This document shows positions 63,020-64,000 of a DNA stretch of 64,000 bases, piece after piece; the first letter of the stretch is position 1; the number at the start of each line of letters is the position of its first letter. This stretch comes from Nemertoderma westbladi (lineage: Eukaryota > Animalia > Xenacoelomorpha), in contig JAUCBJ010005486.1 of the NCBI GenBank assembly GCA_032718475.1, forward strand, positions 238 to 64,237, in the 5' to 3' direction. A program made the position numbers and the translations under genes. Under the pieces are notes generated by a model. It was not told the DNA's origin. It did no database searches and saw only the letters and a program-made list of their open reading frames with translations.

Positions 63020-64000
63020 TTGGTTATTATGGATTATATACTAATAATTATTTGATATTATGGATTATATACTAATAATTATTTGATATTATGGATTATA
63101 TACTAATAATTTGATATAAATATGATGATATTATATGAAATGATATGATATAAATATTATGTCGATATGAATGAATGTTTGAATAAACAATGATTAATCT
63201 TGGATAATATGTTGGATCTACTTCTACCAGTCTAGGCTAACGTTGGAGCTTCTCTACAGTCTGGGCTAACGATTGTTCTACCTATGCAGTCTGGACTGAT
63301 AATGGTTCTACAATACAGTCTGGGCTTACGTTCACTCTAACTTACAGGCTGGGATGAGAAGGATCTACCTCTACAAACTGACGAAGGATCTACCTCTACA
63401 AATTGATGACGGATCTACCTTTACAAACTGACGAAGAATCTACCTCTACAAACTGATGATGGGACTACTTCTACAAACTGATAATGAATCTTCAGCTTTA
63501 CAATTTGGTGATGGAACTCAAAAAAAAAAAAAAAAAAAAAAAGTTTTGAATTAAAGTGAATTAAGATTTAAGTGTGATTAGTGTTTGTTTATTGTTTATT
63601 ACATCTCTAATTTTACTTCTACTAAAGTAAAATTTGAACTAAGATTTAATTTAAAGTGAATTAAGATTTAAGTGTGATTAGTGTTTGTTTATTACATCTC
63701 TAATTTTACTTCTACTAAAGTAAAATTTGAACTAAGATTTAATTTAAAGTGAATTAAGATTTAAGTGTGATTAGTGTTTGTTTATTGTTTATTATATACA
63801 TCTCTAATTTTATTTCTACTAAAGTAAAATGTGAACTAAGATTGTTACGGTATATGGCGCTGTATCCACAGTATTAGTCCATTATGCAGTATGCAATATT
63901 AGTCCATTATGCAGTATGCAATATTAGTCCATTATGCAGTATGCAATATTAGTCCGTTATACTGTATGTAATATTAGTCCGTTGTGCAGCATGATATTTT
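63020..64000. repeat. Cluster of short tandem repeats (about 31, 25, 100 and 26 bp units) and a poly-A run
   Basis: ATTATGGATTATATACTAATAATT x3; GGATCTACCTCTACAAACTGACGAA x5; TTAAAGTGAATTAAGATTTAAGTGTG.. x3; TATTAGTCCATTATGCAGTATGCAA x5. Confidence 0.85.

Noticed and set aside
63360-63500. Hammerhead-like CTGACGA/CTGATGA motifs in the 25-bp repeats (also at 56381)
   Set aside because: No stem II-GAAA-stem III arrangement follows.

Overview
AT-rich animal (invertebrate-type) genomic DNA, not prokaryotic. Seven minus-strand exons that splice in frame (8649-44530) encode consecutive Ig I-set domains of a titin/connectin (sls/kettin)-type gene. Its large introns (13.6 kb and 16.7 kb inside the window) hold nested antisense intronless genes (ERICH6/FAM194, a PH-like+CARD protein), three identical tRNA-His(GTG) genes with a non-canonical C54, and deeply nested transposons: RTE, L2/CR1 and Rex1 LINEs, two BEL/Pao relics, hAT, Kolobok-like, Tc1-like and MULE-like MITEs, and an internally deleted THAP/P element. 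There is also a 64-bp satellite. The most striking signal is an inverted pair of tRNA-like Pol III units (9139-9246 and 10038-10136) with a minimal type-I hammerhead ribozyme between the A and B boxes. A transposon-split 474-aa orphan ORF with two PC4-like motifs is also notable. Family assignments come from motif recognition by eye; no searches were run.
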